A stretch of 31,923 nucleotides of DNA, from positions 1-31,923 of the forward strand of contig JBDRQF010000003.1 of assembly GCA_043826435.1 (NCBI GenBank). The letters run 5' to 3'. Below the pieces are notes generated by a model, which worked only from the letters and a program-made list of their open reading frames with translations, did not search any database and was not told where the DNA came from. Made by a program: the position numbers and the translations under genes. Origin of the DNA: Elusimicrobiota bacterium (lineage in GTDB: Bacteria > Elusimicrobiota > Endomicrobiia > CG1-02-37-114 > JAHJSO01). Below are positions 1-8,335 of this stretch, one piece after another (the stretch's first letter is position 1; each line of letters opens with the position of its first letter).

Positions 1-90
1 TTATGTATTTCTGATTGGAAAAAAGCCGCAGATTTAGGAAGTGAAGTAGCGAGACAAAATTTAAAGAAGTTTTTTAATATTGATTATTAA
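1..90 (+). CDS. 3' end of a gene truncated by the window edge, TPR/Sel1-like C-terminus
   Basis: Frame 1 reads LCISDWKKAADLGSEVARQNLKKFFNIDY* (TAA 88-90); DWKKAADLG..A..NL is typical of terminal TPR/Sel1 helices. Confidence 0.5.
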   Translation, partial: LCISDWKKAADLGSEVARQNLKKFFNIDY

Positions 91-166
91 GAAAATAAAA
101 AAAGGGTGTGTTCATAAAGACAACTTCTGAAATTATTTTGAAAGAATAAAAAATTTTAAGGGGGCT

Positions 167-310
167 ATGATGGAATTCAAAATTGTTTTAGAAAAAGACA
201 AGGATGGATGGTTTGTTGCAACCTGTCCAAGTTTGCCAGGTTGAATTTCCCAGGGGCGGACTGAAGAAGAAGCAAAAAAAACATGAAGGAAGCAATTAAA
301 CGGCATAAGA
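167..310 (+). pseudogene. HicB-family antitoxin pseudogene
   Basis: MMEFKIVLEKDKDGWFVATCPSLPG*ISQGRTEEEAKK/NMKEAIK: HicB motif, with an in-frame TGA at 242-244 (usual Cys position) and a frameshift in the A8 run at 274-281; 3' end approximate. Confidence 0.8.
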
Positions 311-331
311 AGAATTATTGGAGAAACAACT

Positions 332-886
332 ATGATGCAGCCAGCGATAGGACTTATTGAAACAAATTCAATTGCAAAAGGCATTGAGGCAAGCGATGCA
401 ATGTGCAAGGTTTCCGGGGTAGAACTTGTTGACGCTTATGCGATATGTCCCGGTAAATATCTGGTGTTAATAACGGGCATGCTTGCGGACGTCCAGTCGT
501 CAATAGACAAAGGCGATGAAATCGCGGGGCATTCTCTTATTGACAAATTCATAATACCTAACGTGCATGAGCAGGTGGTACCGGCGATACTCGGAACGAA
601 TGACATAAAGATGTTTGAGTCGGTCGGTATAATTGAAACATTTACAGTTGCCTCCTGTGTCCGTGCCGCCGATGCTGCTGCCAAGGCAGCAAAAATAGAA
701 CTTATAGAGATTCGTCTTGCAAAAGGGCTTGGCGGCAAGTCCTTTGTTACGCTTTGTTCCGACGATGTTGGCGCCGTGCGGTCGGCGGTTAACACGGGGT
801 GTGAAATAATAAAGGACGAGGGCGTTATAATTGAGCGGGTCATAATACCAAAGGCGCATGATGCTTTGAAAAAGACCCTGGTTTGA
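332..886 (+). CDS. BMC-T tandem-domain shell protein, PduT-like
   Basis: Two BMC domains (AIGLIETNSIAKGIEASDAMCK; SVGIIETFTVASCVRAADAAAKAA), ICPGKY pore motif, GLGGKSF. Confidence 0.93.
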   Translation: MMQPAIGLIETNSIAKGIEASDAMCKVSGVELVDAYAICPGKYLVLITGMLADVQSSIDKGDEIAGHSLIDKFIIPNVHEQVVPAILGTNDIKMFESVGIIETFTVASCVRAADAAAKAAKIELIEIRLAKGLGGKSFVTLCSDDVGAVRSAVNTGCEIIKDEGVIIERVIIPKAHDALKKTLV

Positions 887-911
887 GTTCAGGGTATTAC
901 GGGGGATTGTT

Positions 912-1361
912 ATGAACATCGTCATTGGTTCCGACCATTCAGGGTTTCAAATTAAGGAAAAGTTGAAAAAATTTTTGCAGTCATCGGGCCACACGGTGAC
1001 CGACTTCGGCTGTTATTCTGAAGAGTCGGTTGACTGGACTGATATTGCACTGCTCGTTGCTGAAGCAATCGGGGAGAAGAAATACGATAAAGGCATACTT
1101 ATAGACGGCACTGGCGGCGCAATGCCCATAGCGGCGAATAAACTACCGGGGATACGGGCTGTGTGTGCTTACAACGAACTTACGGCAAAATTTGCCACTG
1201 AACATGACGACGCAAACATAATATGTCTGGGCGCAAGGATGATAGGTGATCTGGTGGCGCAGGAAATCGTCAGGGTCTGGCTTGAGGCAAAATTTTCAGG
1301 TGAAAGACACCAGCGCCGTCTCACCAAGGTTGAAGAAATAGAAAAAAAATATATGAAGTAG
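912..1361 (+). CDS. RpiB/LacA/LacB-family sugar-phosphate isomerase, Cys-to-Asp variant
   Basis: IGSDHSG, AANKLPGIRA, ANIICLGAR, ERHQRR; IDGTGG where ICGTGIG is canonical. Confidence 0.9.
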   Translation: MNIVIGSDHSGFQIKEKLKKFLQSSGHTVTDFGCYSEESVDWTDIALLVAEAIGEKKYDKGILIDGTGGAMPIAANKLPGIRAVCAYNELTAKFATEHDDANIICLGARMIGDLVAQEIVRVWLEAKFSGERHQRRLTKVEEIEKKYMK

Positions 1362-1383
1362 GGAGAGGGAGGCCGGGTAAAAA

Positions 1384-1833
1384 ATGGTAATTGCTTTCGG
1401 GTGTGACCACGCGGGTTATTCATTCAAAGAAAAGATAATTATGTTCCTGAAAACGCAGGGCTACAAAGTTGTTGACTACGGCTGTTTTGACGACGGGAGT
1501 GTGGATTACCCGGATTTTGCGACGGCGGTTGCGCGTTGCGTCTCAAAGGGGACGTGTGATACGGGCGTCCTTATATGCGGCACGGGGATAGGTATGTGCA
1601 TCACCGCAAATAAATTCAGGGGAGTCAGGGCGGCGGTTGCCTATTCAACCGATACGGCTGAACTGGCGAAGAGACACAACAATGCGAACATCCTCTGTGT
1701 CGGTGCGCGGTCTTTCAAAGTGAATGAAATAATAGAATTTATAGATGTATGGCTGAAGGCGTCGTTTGAAGGCGGCAGGCATGGCCGCCGGGTGGATAAG
1801 ATTTCAAATCTGGAGGATAAGAACATAAAATGA
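1384..1833 (+). CDS. rpiB: Ribose-5-phosphate isomerase B
   Basis: GCDHAG, SVDYPD, ICGTGIGM, ANKFRGVRAA, HNNANILC, FEGGRHGRRV. Confidence 0.93.
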   Translation: MVIAFGCDHAGYSFKEKIIMFLKTQGYKVVDYGCFDDGSVDYPDFATAVARCVSKGTCDTGVLICGTGIGMCITANKFRGVRAAVAYSTDTAELAKRHNNANILCVGARSFKVNEIIEFIDVWLKASFEGGRHGRRVDKISNLEDKNIK

Positions 1834-2249
1834 AAAGAGTTGCAAGAGTTTTCCTTGCAGTATTTGCAATCAGTTCAGCTGTGCCGGGTAATTGCCTTTC
1901 AGTGCAGGACTTATATTCGGCTATGAATCTTATAAACGAGGGGAAATACTCCGAAGCGGTTGCCCTTCTTGAATCGTCCCCCGACTCCCCGGAGAGAGAC
2001 CTTTCGCTGGGGATTGCCTTTTTACATCTGGGAAGATACGGCGATGCGGAAAAATGGCTGAACAGGGTGATTGAAGTATTACCCGGATCACTGCCTGCCA
2101 GGTATTCCCTTGCGATGCTTTATGAAAACAGGAAGGATTTTAAAAAGGCGATAAAGCAGTGGGACAAGGTTTTATCACTGACGGACAGCGACGCGCTCAG
2201 GGACCTGGCATTGAAGCACATAAAAACGTTGGAAAGGATGAAGGAATGA
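1830..2249 (+). CDS. Exported TPR-repeat protein
   Basis: N-terminal signal-like segment; TPR patterns LGIAFLHLGRYGDAEKWL and ARYSLAMLYENRKDFKKAIKQWDKVL; ATGA overlap with rpiB. Confidence 0.8.
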   Translation: MKRVARVFLAVFAISSAVPGNCLSVQDLYSAMNLINEGKYSEAVALLESSPDSPERDLSLGIAFLHLGRYGDAEKWLNRVIEVLPGSLPARYSLAMLYENRKDFKKAIKQWDKVLSLTDSDALRDLALKHIKTLERMKE

Positions 2250-2839
2250 AAAGGCGGTATCTTTTTCTGCTTTGTGCGGGCTATGCCGCAATTTTTATTT
2301 TATCGGGCTGCGTGTCCCACCCGCGGGTTGCGATAAAACGTGGGTATGACATCTCAAAAATAAAGACAATCGGACTGGGGAGGTTTACCAATTTTGCAAA
2401 CTATGAAAATTCTGGGGATGTGGCCCGGGATGAGTTTGCACGGCAACTTATCCTGATGGGGTTCATCGTAAAGCAGTCGGAAGAAGGGGTTGACGCAGTC
2501 CTTGAGGGAGGGATAAGCCAGTTTGCGCCTTCAAAAAAATATCTCTTTTATGCCGGGGAGAAACAACCGGGAGTTACGACGCAGGTCGTCGTTTCGGCGC
2601 CGGCAATTGAAATAAGCGGCTCTAATGTTTATTATTTAGGCAGGGCATTCGGTTTAAGGGACGAAAGCCAGATTCTTGTGAGCAATGCGACCGTCGGAAT
2701 AAGTGCCCGGCTCATTGATACGGCGACGAATGAAATTATCTGGACGAATTCGTTTACATATGAAGGGCTTGATGTCCAGATGGCAGTGGAGAACGTGGTG
2801 AATTTCCTGGTAAGGTCAATTACGGGGAAAGGCAGATGA
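2246..2839 (+). CDS. Lipoprotein, CsgG/TolB-N-like fold
   Basis: Start re-called at ATG 2246 (ATGA overlap with the previous stop); MKRR plus hydrophobic stretch plus lipobox LSGC; VGISARLIDTATNEIIWT motif. Confidence 0.7.
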   Translation: MKRRYLFLLCAGYAAIFILSGCVSHPRVAIKRGYDISKIKTIGLGRFTNFANYENSGDVARDEFARQLILMGFIVKQSEEGVDAVLEGGISQFAPSKKYLFYAGEKQPGVTTQVVVSAPAIEISGSNVYYLGRAFGLRDESQILVSNATVGISARLIDTATNEIIWTNSFTYEGLDVQMAVENVVNFLVRSITGKGR

Positions 2840-2946
2840 CAGAAGGCGGTAGGACAAGATGTACCGCGGCCGGTTGAAATACGCAAAACCGTTTTGCGCG
2901 GGCCCGAGGTGTTGACTGTCCCGGGAGAGGCGTCGGGGTAACGAAA

Positions 2947-3225
2947 ATGCATGCAGGTATTGTAATAGGCAGGGTGTGGGCGACAATGAAGGTTGAATCA
3001 ACGGAAAAAATAAAGATGTTATTACTGCAGCCGACCACGTGGGAAAGGAAGCCCGTTGGCGACCCCATAGTCGCTGCGGACGCCGTGGGAGCAGGCGCGG
3101 GCGAGTTTGTGTTTTATGTAAAAGCCAGAGAGGCAGCAGTTGCATTCGGCGGCAAAGGGCTGGACGATACACCCCCTTATGACGCAACAATTCTCGGAAT
3201 TATAGACGGGGTTCAACTGGAGTAA
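2947..3225 (+). CDS. BMC-P pentamer vertex protein (EutN/CcmL family)
   Basis: GIVIGRVWATMK, VAADAVGAGAGEFV, DATILGIID. Confidence 0.93.
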   Translation: MHAGIVIGRVWATMKVESTEKIKMLLLQPTTWERKPVGDPIVAADAVGAGAGEFVFYVKAREAAVAFGGKGLDDTPPYDATILGIIDGVQLE

Positions 3226-3227
3226 AT

Positions 3228-3527
3228 ATGTTTATCGCAAAAGTGGTGGGGAACGTCTGGGCAACACAGAAACACAAGTCGCTTGAAAAATCAAAACTCC
3301 TGATAGCAAGGCCCGTTGACGGTCTTACGGGTAATTTCATGGAAGGGGACACAGTCCTTGCGGTTGACATGAACATGGATGCTGGTATCGGGGACACCGT
3401 CCTTATTATGGACGAGGGAAACTCGGCGAGGCAGATATTGAATGATAAAACAGCGCCAATCCGCACGATTGTGTGCGGGATTGTAGATTTTGTGACCGCC
3501 GGCGGCGAAACTAAAAAATGGCATTAG
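3228..3527 (+). CDS. BMC-P pentamer vertex protein (EutN/CcmL family)
   Basis: MFIAKVVGNVWATQKH, DAGIGDTVLI.EGNSAR, IVCGIVD. Confidence 0.93.
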   Translation: MFIAKVVGNVWATQKHKSLEKSKLLIARPVDGLTGNFMEGDTVLAVDMNMDAGIGDTVLIMDEGNSARQILNDKTAPIRTIVCGIVDFVTAGGETKKWH

Positions 3528-3556
3528 TTAAATAAAAGACAGGAGCGAATCAACAG

Positions 3557-4078
3557 ATGAAAAGCCATATTTTGGTATTTCTAACTTTAACTATTTTCAT
3601 ATCACTACCAATTTCTGGTTATGGACAGCATAAAAATATAATAAAAGCCAAGCCATTTGCTCTATATGACTTGCACAACAATTTAATAAAATATTCCGAC
3701 TATGAAGGCGAGAAAATCCTGATTTTGAGTTTTTTCGCAACATGGTGCGAGCCCTGTCTGAAAGAAATAAAAGAACTGGAAGAATTCAATAAAAAACTTG
3801 AGCAAACCCGACGCGCTTCCCAGATTGAAATACTTCTTGTAAGCACCGATAAAGGGAGAGGTAGTAAGAAAAAAGTTAGGCAATTTGTAAATAAACATCA
3901 GATAAAATTTAAAGTTGTTCACGACCTGTATGGTGTAATGTCAAAAGGATGGAAAGTCAAGGGACTACCGACGCTGTTTTTAATCACCAAAAATGGAGAA
4001 ATTGTTTTCAGGCAAGAAGGTTATGATGAGCGGATAACTGAGAAACTTAATAATAAAATACAGAAGTTGGGAAAATGA
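3557..4078 (+). CDS. TlpA/ResA-family exported thiol-disulfide oxidoreductase
   Basis: Signal peptide, FFATWCEPC, GLPTLFLI..NGEI. Confidence 0.9.
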   Translation: MKSHILVFLTLTIFISLPISGYGQHKNIIKAKPFALYDLHNNLIKYSDYEGEKILILSFFATWCEPCLKEIKELEEFNKKLEQTRRASQIEILLVSTDKGRGSKKKVRQFVNKHQIKFKVVHDLYGVMSKGWKVKGLPTLFLITKNGEIVFRQEGYDERITEKLNNKIQKLGK

Positions 4079-5310
4079 AATACATAAAGAATTTTGTCTA
4101 TGTTATTTTAGTTTTAATAATAACAATCTGCACGATAGGAAACTCACAGGAATCAGAAGAGGTTGAGGAGAAACTCCGTCTGGCTATTTTGGATTTGGGT
4201 GCGAAGGATGTATCTGCAATGACTGCCTCAAAGGTATCAGAACTTTTGAGAACCGCGATGTTTAATACAGGGCTTTTTACAATAATTGAAAGGAACGAAA
4301 TGGAAGCAATTCTTAAAGAACAAAAACTTACATTGACGGGATGCATAGACGAAAAATGCGGATTAAAAATTGGTCAGTTGTTATCTGCGAATAAAATTCT
4401 TGTTGGAACGGTAATGAAATTAGGCGAGAAAATAATAATAAATGCAAGAATAGTTGATGTGGAAAAAGGAGCCCTTGATTTTGCCGAGAAGACATCTTGC
4501 ACAAAAGAAAGCGAAATTGATATTGCTTGTGACGAATTTGCAAATAAACTATCAGCAAGAATAACGGGCAGACCGTATCAACCGTCCAGTGCAGGGGCAG
4601 GTCCATCTGGTGTCATTCCGAGCGAAGCGAAGAAGTATGAGGGTATGGATTTAATACCCGCAGGCGAATTCACAATGGGTTCGGACAGAGGTGAGAGTGA
4701 TGAAAAACCGCCACACAAGGTCTATTTAGACGCATATTACATAGACAAATATGAAGTAACCTTTGAGCAGTATGATAAGTTCTGTGAAGCGACAGGAAGA
4801 AAAAAGCCATCTGATAGTGGCTGGGGCAGAGGAACGAGACCGGTAATAAATGTTAATTGGAATGATGCGGTTGCCTATGCTAACTACTATGGGAAACGCT
4901 TACCCACAGAAGCGGAGTGGGAAAAGGCGTGCAGGTCTGGTTCAGAGACAAAATATTGTTTTGGTGATAGTAAGTCAGAGTTAGGTGAATATGGGTGGTA
5001 TAGTAGTAATTCAGGGGGATGGACGCATCCTGTGGGGAGTAAGAAACCGAACAGATGGGGACTATATGATATGCACGGAAATGTGTGGGAGTGGTGTTCT
5101 GACTGGTATGATGGGGGCTACTACAAGAACAGTCCATACAGGAACCCGAAGGGTCCTGGTAGTGGGACTTATCGTGTCCTGCGCGGTGGCAGTTGGATCA
5201 ACAATGCTAGCAATTGTCGTTCTACTGATCGCGGCGGGAGCACGCCGGGCATCAGGAGCGACTACGGCTGGGGTTTTCGGTGTGCGGTTGGAGTAGTGCA
5301 AGGTCGTTGA
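4075..5310 (+). CDS. Exported protein: CsgG-like domain plus FGE-sulfatase (SUMF1/CLec-fold) domain; putative DGR target
   Basis: Signal peptide; FTIIERNEMEAILKEQ...ARIVDVEKG; IPAGEFTMG, RLPTEAEWEKA, GLYDMHGNVWEW, RVLRGGSW...GFRC. Confidence 0.88.
   Translation: MKYIKNFVYVILVLIITICTIGNSQESEEVEEKLRLAILDLGAKDVSAMTASKVSELLRTAMFNTGLFTIIERNEMEAILKEQKLTLTGCIDEKCGLKIGQLLSANKILVGTVMKLGEKIIINARIVDVEKGALDFAEKTSCTKESEIDIACDEFANKLSARITGRPYQPSSAGAGPSGVIPSEAKKYEGMDLIPAGEFTMGSDRGESDEKPPHKVYLDAYYIDKYEVTFEQYDKFCEATGRKKPSDSGWGRGTRPVINVNWNDAVAYANYYGKRLPTEAEWEKACRSGSETKYCFGDSKSELGEYGWYSSNSGGWTHPVGSKKPNRWGLYDMHGNVWEWCSDWYDGGYYKNSPYRNPKGPGSGTYRVLRGGSWINNASNCRSTDRGGSTPGIRSDYGWGFRCAVGVVQGR
5173..5286 (+). other. 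Putative DGR variable region VR1
   Basis: Between RGGSW and GFRC the codons are mostly NNC/NNT with no A-ending codon, unlike the rest of the gene. Confidence 0.55.
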
Positions 5311-5330
5311 GAATCTGGTAATCTGTTTCA

Positions 5331-5556
5331 CCGCCGAAGGCGGGGTTGCAAAAGTTTCTGTGTCAATATAAGGATAACTATGAGATATAAAACTGTGAAA
5401 GAAAAAGTTTCAGATAAACCGAAAATAAAAAATACAGCAGTAAAAGAGACGGGTTTGAAAAGCAAATCGGTAATAGAAATACCAACTAAAACCATAGAAC
5501 TGAAACTTTTCAATAATGTCCAATTTATTTATGAATTACATTTGGCAAAATTAGAA
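5331..5556 (+). repeat. 226-bp direct repeat, copy 1 (copy 2 at 8336-8561); begins with hairpin CCGCC-GAA-GGCGG
   Basis: Manual alignment gives 5 mismatches in 226 nt. Confidence 0.95.
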
Positions 5557-5574
5557 ATGGAGAAGGATACATAA
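5380..5574 (+). pseudogene. Truncated duplicate of the N-terminus of the 8385-9647 methyltransferase
   Basis: First 59 aa nearly identical (MRYKTVKEK...LHLAKLE), then diverges at the repeat end and stops. Confidence 0.9.
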
Positions 5575-5841
5575 TGACGAATATCTTAAAAGATAATTTT
5601 TTGAATGCACTTAAAGCAACATATAAAAAAATACGTTGAACTGTTTAAGGATTTAGATTTCCCGCATAAACCGGATGTATTAGGCATAGCGGTAGTTGAT
5701 TTTGATGATAATGCGGAACCATATTTTACCGATTTGACCAAGTTAGGATTAAAAGAAGACACAATAAAAATGCTGCAAAAAGATTTTTCAGTTGAAACGT
5801 TTATTGAAAAGGTAAAAGCATTATGTCAGTTAAAAAAATAG
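5574..5841 (+). pseudogene. Broken ORF, probable restriction endonuclease remnant
   Basis: RBS GGAGAAGGA and ATG 5574 give MTNILKDNFLNALKATYKK, then a frame change in an A-run (about 5625-5631) to YVELFKDLDFPHKPD...; overlaps the MTase start; function inferred from position. Confidence 0.45.
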
Positions 5842-7394
5842 AAAATTTACCATTGTACATGAAAATAACAAAAGAAAAATCAAACGGTGTTATTTATACG
5901 CCTGCTCGGATTGTTAATTTGATATTAAACAGAATCGGATATAAAAAAAATATCTTTACAAAAAAAATTATAGACCCTGCCTGTGGAGACGGCAATTTTC
6001 TTATTTTTATTGTAGAACGTTTTTTAAGTGATTGCAAAAAAAATGGATTAAGTAATCAAAAAATTAAAGAATTATTACAGAATAATATATATGGTTTTGA
6101 TATTGATAAATCTGCTCTTGGTAAATGCAAAAATAATTTAAATGAGATTGCCGTTTCATACGGGTTGTCCGATATAAAATGGAGCATTTGGCACATAGAC
6201 AGTTTGGATAAAGACATAATAAAAAAATATTTTAATTATTTTGATTATGTCGTTGGTAATCCTCCATATATTAGAATACAACATTTGGGAATAGAAAGAA
6301 GGGCAATGGTGCAATCTAATTGGTCCTTTTGTAAAAGTGGTTCAACGGATATTTATATTGCATTCTTTGAACTCGGACTCAATTTACTGAATCCGACGGG
6401 TAGGATTGGTTATATTACACCGAATACTTTTTTTAAGACGGATACCGCACAAATGATGAGGTATTATCTCATGGAAAAAAAGTATATCAAGGAAATAATA
6501 AACTTCAATCACCATCAAGTTTTTGATAACGCCACAACTTATTCGGCGATTACGATTTTAGATAAAAACTGGGAAAAAGAAAAATTTTCTTATTATGAAG
6601 GCAATAAAGAAAAAATAAAATTTATTGACGAACTTAATTTAGCCAATATAGATTATCAAAAATGGACTTTTGCTTCAAATGAGATTTTAGAAAAAATAAG
6701 AAATATTGAAATTCGAGGAGTTCCGCTTGGCGAAATGGCAAAAATTCATGTTGGCATAACGACGCTGGCGGACGATTTTTATATTTTTAAGAATCCAATT
6801 TTTGAAAAAGACAAAGCCACAATAAAACTTAAAGATGGCAGAGAATTCTCCATTGAAAAAAGCATATTAAAACCCATCGTAAAAGTTTCGGTATTAAAAT
6901 CAGCGGACGAGAAACAAAACAGGTATGTTATTTTTCCGTATGAAAAAATAAACGGCAAACACGTAATTATTCCAGAAGCGGAGTTAAAAAAAGAATACCC
7001 AAGTACATATAAATATTTTTTAGAAATTAAGAATAGATTGTTTTTAAGAGATAAAGGAAAACCGAATTCGGTATCTTGGTATGCCTTCGGTCGTTCACAA
7101 GGTTTAGATACTTCTTTTGGTAAAAAAATTCTTGTTTCCCCGCTTAGTTTAAAACCCAATTTTACTGTTTGGGAAAAAGAAGAATATTCATTTTATGCTG
7201 GTTATTGCATAAAATTTGATGGCGACTTGCATCAATTAGCAAAACAACTTAATTCAAAAGATATGGAATTTTATATTAAATATGTAGGCAGAGATTATCA
7301 AAACGGATATAAATCTTATGCGAAATCGTCCATCTCCAATTTCGGAATAGTCGGTTTCAAAATTGAAAGACAGGAACAGATTAGTTTATTTTAA
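5823..7394 (+). CDS. N6-adenine DNA methyltransferase, gamma class (Eco57I/TaqI-like)
   Basis: GVIYTP, IIDPACGDGNF (motif I), VVGNPPY (motif IV), C-terminal target-recognition region. Confidence 0.92.
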   Translation: MSVKKIENLPLYMKITKEKSNGVIYTPARIVNLILNRIGYKKNIFTKKIIDPACGDGNFLIFIVERFLSDCKKNGLSNQKIKELLQNNIYGFDIDKSALGKCKNNLNEIAVSYGLSDIKWSIWHIDSLDKDIIKKYFNYFDYVVGNPPYIRIQHLGIERRAMVQSNWSFCKSGSTDIYIAFFELGLNLLNPTGRIGYITPNTFFKTDTAQMMRYYLMEKKYIKEIINFNHHQVFDNATTYSAITILDKNWEKEKFSYYEGNKEKIKFIDELNLANIDYQKWTFASNEILEKIRNIEIRGVPLGEMAKIHVGITTLADDFYIFKNPIFEKDKATIKLKDGREFSIEKSILKPIVKVSVLKSADEKQNRYVIFPYEKINGKHVIIPEAELKKEYPSTYKYFLEIKNRLFLRDKGKPNSVSWYAFGRSQGLDTSFGKKILVSPLSLKPNFTVWEKEEYSFYAGYCIKFDGDLHQLAKQLNSKDMEFYIKYVGRDYQNGYKSYAKSSISNFGIVGFKIERQEQISLF

Positions 7395-7493
7395 AATAAT
7401 TTACGATAAATGTGCCGTTAAATATATAATAGAATTAAAAAAATTGTTGTTCCAGTAGTTGAATTAGCAAGTGTTTAAGTGGCGGGCGAAAAA

Positions 7494-8306
7494 ATGTTCC
7501 GTAAAGTTAGAAATATTATTTGTTGCATTTTGATTTTAATAGTGGGGGCAGGTTTATCTGGTGTTATTCCGAGCGAAGCGAATAAGAAGTATGAGGGTAT
7601 GGTTTTAATCCCAGCGGGCGAATTCACAATGGGTTCGGAGTCAGGCGAGTCAGATGAAAAGCCACCGCACAAGGTCTATTTAGACGCATATTACATAGAC
7701 AAATACGAAGTGACATTTGAGCAGTATGATAAGTTCTGTGAAGCGACAGGCAGAAAAAAGCCATCGCACAGTGGTTGGGGCAGAGGCAATAGGCCAGTAA
7801 TAGATGTTAATTGGAATGATGCTATGGCATACGCCAAATGGGCAGAGAAACGACTCCCGACAGAAGCGGAATGGGAGAAGGCAGCAAGGGCTGGCTCAAA
7901 CACAAAATATTGTTTTGGAGACGGTGAATCCGAATTAGGGAACTATGCATGGTATGATAAAAATTCAGGTGGTAAGACGCATCCTGTGGGGAGTAAGAAA
8001 CCGAACCAGTATGGAATATATGATATGCATGGCAATGTATGGGAATGGTGTGCTGACTGGTATGATAAGAATTATTATAGTGTAGTGGCGGGGACTGTCC
8101 CTGCTAAAAACCCGAAAGGACCTGATAGTGGAGAATACCGTGTCCTGCGTGGTGGTAGTTGGTACATCGACGCTAACTTCTGTCGCTCTGCTATTCGCGT
8201 CAGGGGCTGGCCTCACAGCAGGGGCGACTACGAGGGGTACTTCAGGGACTACTGGGACGACTGCTGGAGGGGGTTCCGTTGTGCGGCCACGGTAAGGACG
8301 CAATAG
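7494..8306 (+). CDS. Exported FGE-sulfatase (SUMF1/CLec-fold) protein; putative DGR target
   Basis: Start ATG 7494 (or GTG 7479); signal peptide; paralog of the C-terminal domain of 4075-5310; RVLRGGSW...GFRC. Confidence 0.88.
   Translation: MFRKVRNIICCILILIVGAGLSGVIPSEANKKYEGMVLIPAGEFTMGSESGESDEKPPHKVYLDAYYIDKYEVTFEQYDKFCEATGRKKPSHSGWGRGNRPVIDVNWNDAMAYAKWAEKRLPTEAEWEKAARAGSNTKYCFGDGESELGNYAWYDKNSGGKTHPVGSKKPNQYGIYDMHGNVWEWCADWYDKNYYSVVAGTVPAKNPKGPDSGEYRVLRGGSWYIDANFCRSAIRVRGWPHSRGDYEGYFRDYWDDCWRGFRCAATVRTQ
8139..8285 (+). other. Putative DGR variable region VR2
   Basis: tac atc gac gct aac ttc ... cac agc agg ggc gac tac ... gac gac tgc: NNC-dominated, no A-ending codon, 11 codons longer than VR1. 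Confidence 0.6.
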
Positions 8307-8335
8307 GAATTATACTTTGTTCTTGGATACCTTGT

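Noticed and set aside
242..244. In-frame TGA at a Cys position as selenocysteine or alternative genetic code
   Set aside because: The same ORF also has a frameshift, and TGA is used as a normal stop by many genes here
2159..2245. Longer N-termini from the ORF track (2159, also 14229, 15701, 28623)
   Set aside because: Downstream starts give better signal peptides, RBS placement or family-typical N-termini
2840..2946. GC-rich intergenic stems (CGCAAAA/TTTTGCG at 2882-2898) and similar spacers at 15263-15388 and 28585-28679 as ncRNAs
   Set aside because: Short stems with no recognisable riboswitch or tRNA consensus; cannot be supported without covariation data
5331..5343. Hairpin as an intrinsic terminator
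   Set aside because: Only a 5-bp stem with no following U-tract
5346..5372. Sigma70 promoter TTGCAA..TATAAG in the repeat
   Set aside because: Spacer is only 15 nt, the -10 is too close to the ATG, and the -35 is altered in the copy before the intact gene
4075..8306. Calling the FGE-domain proteins true formylglycine-generating enzymes
   Set aside because: They have signal peptides, lack the catalytic Cys pair after RGGS, and no sulfatase is nearby; a binding CLec fold is more likely
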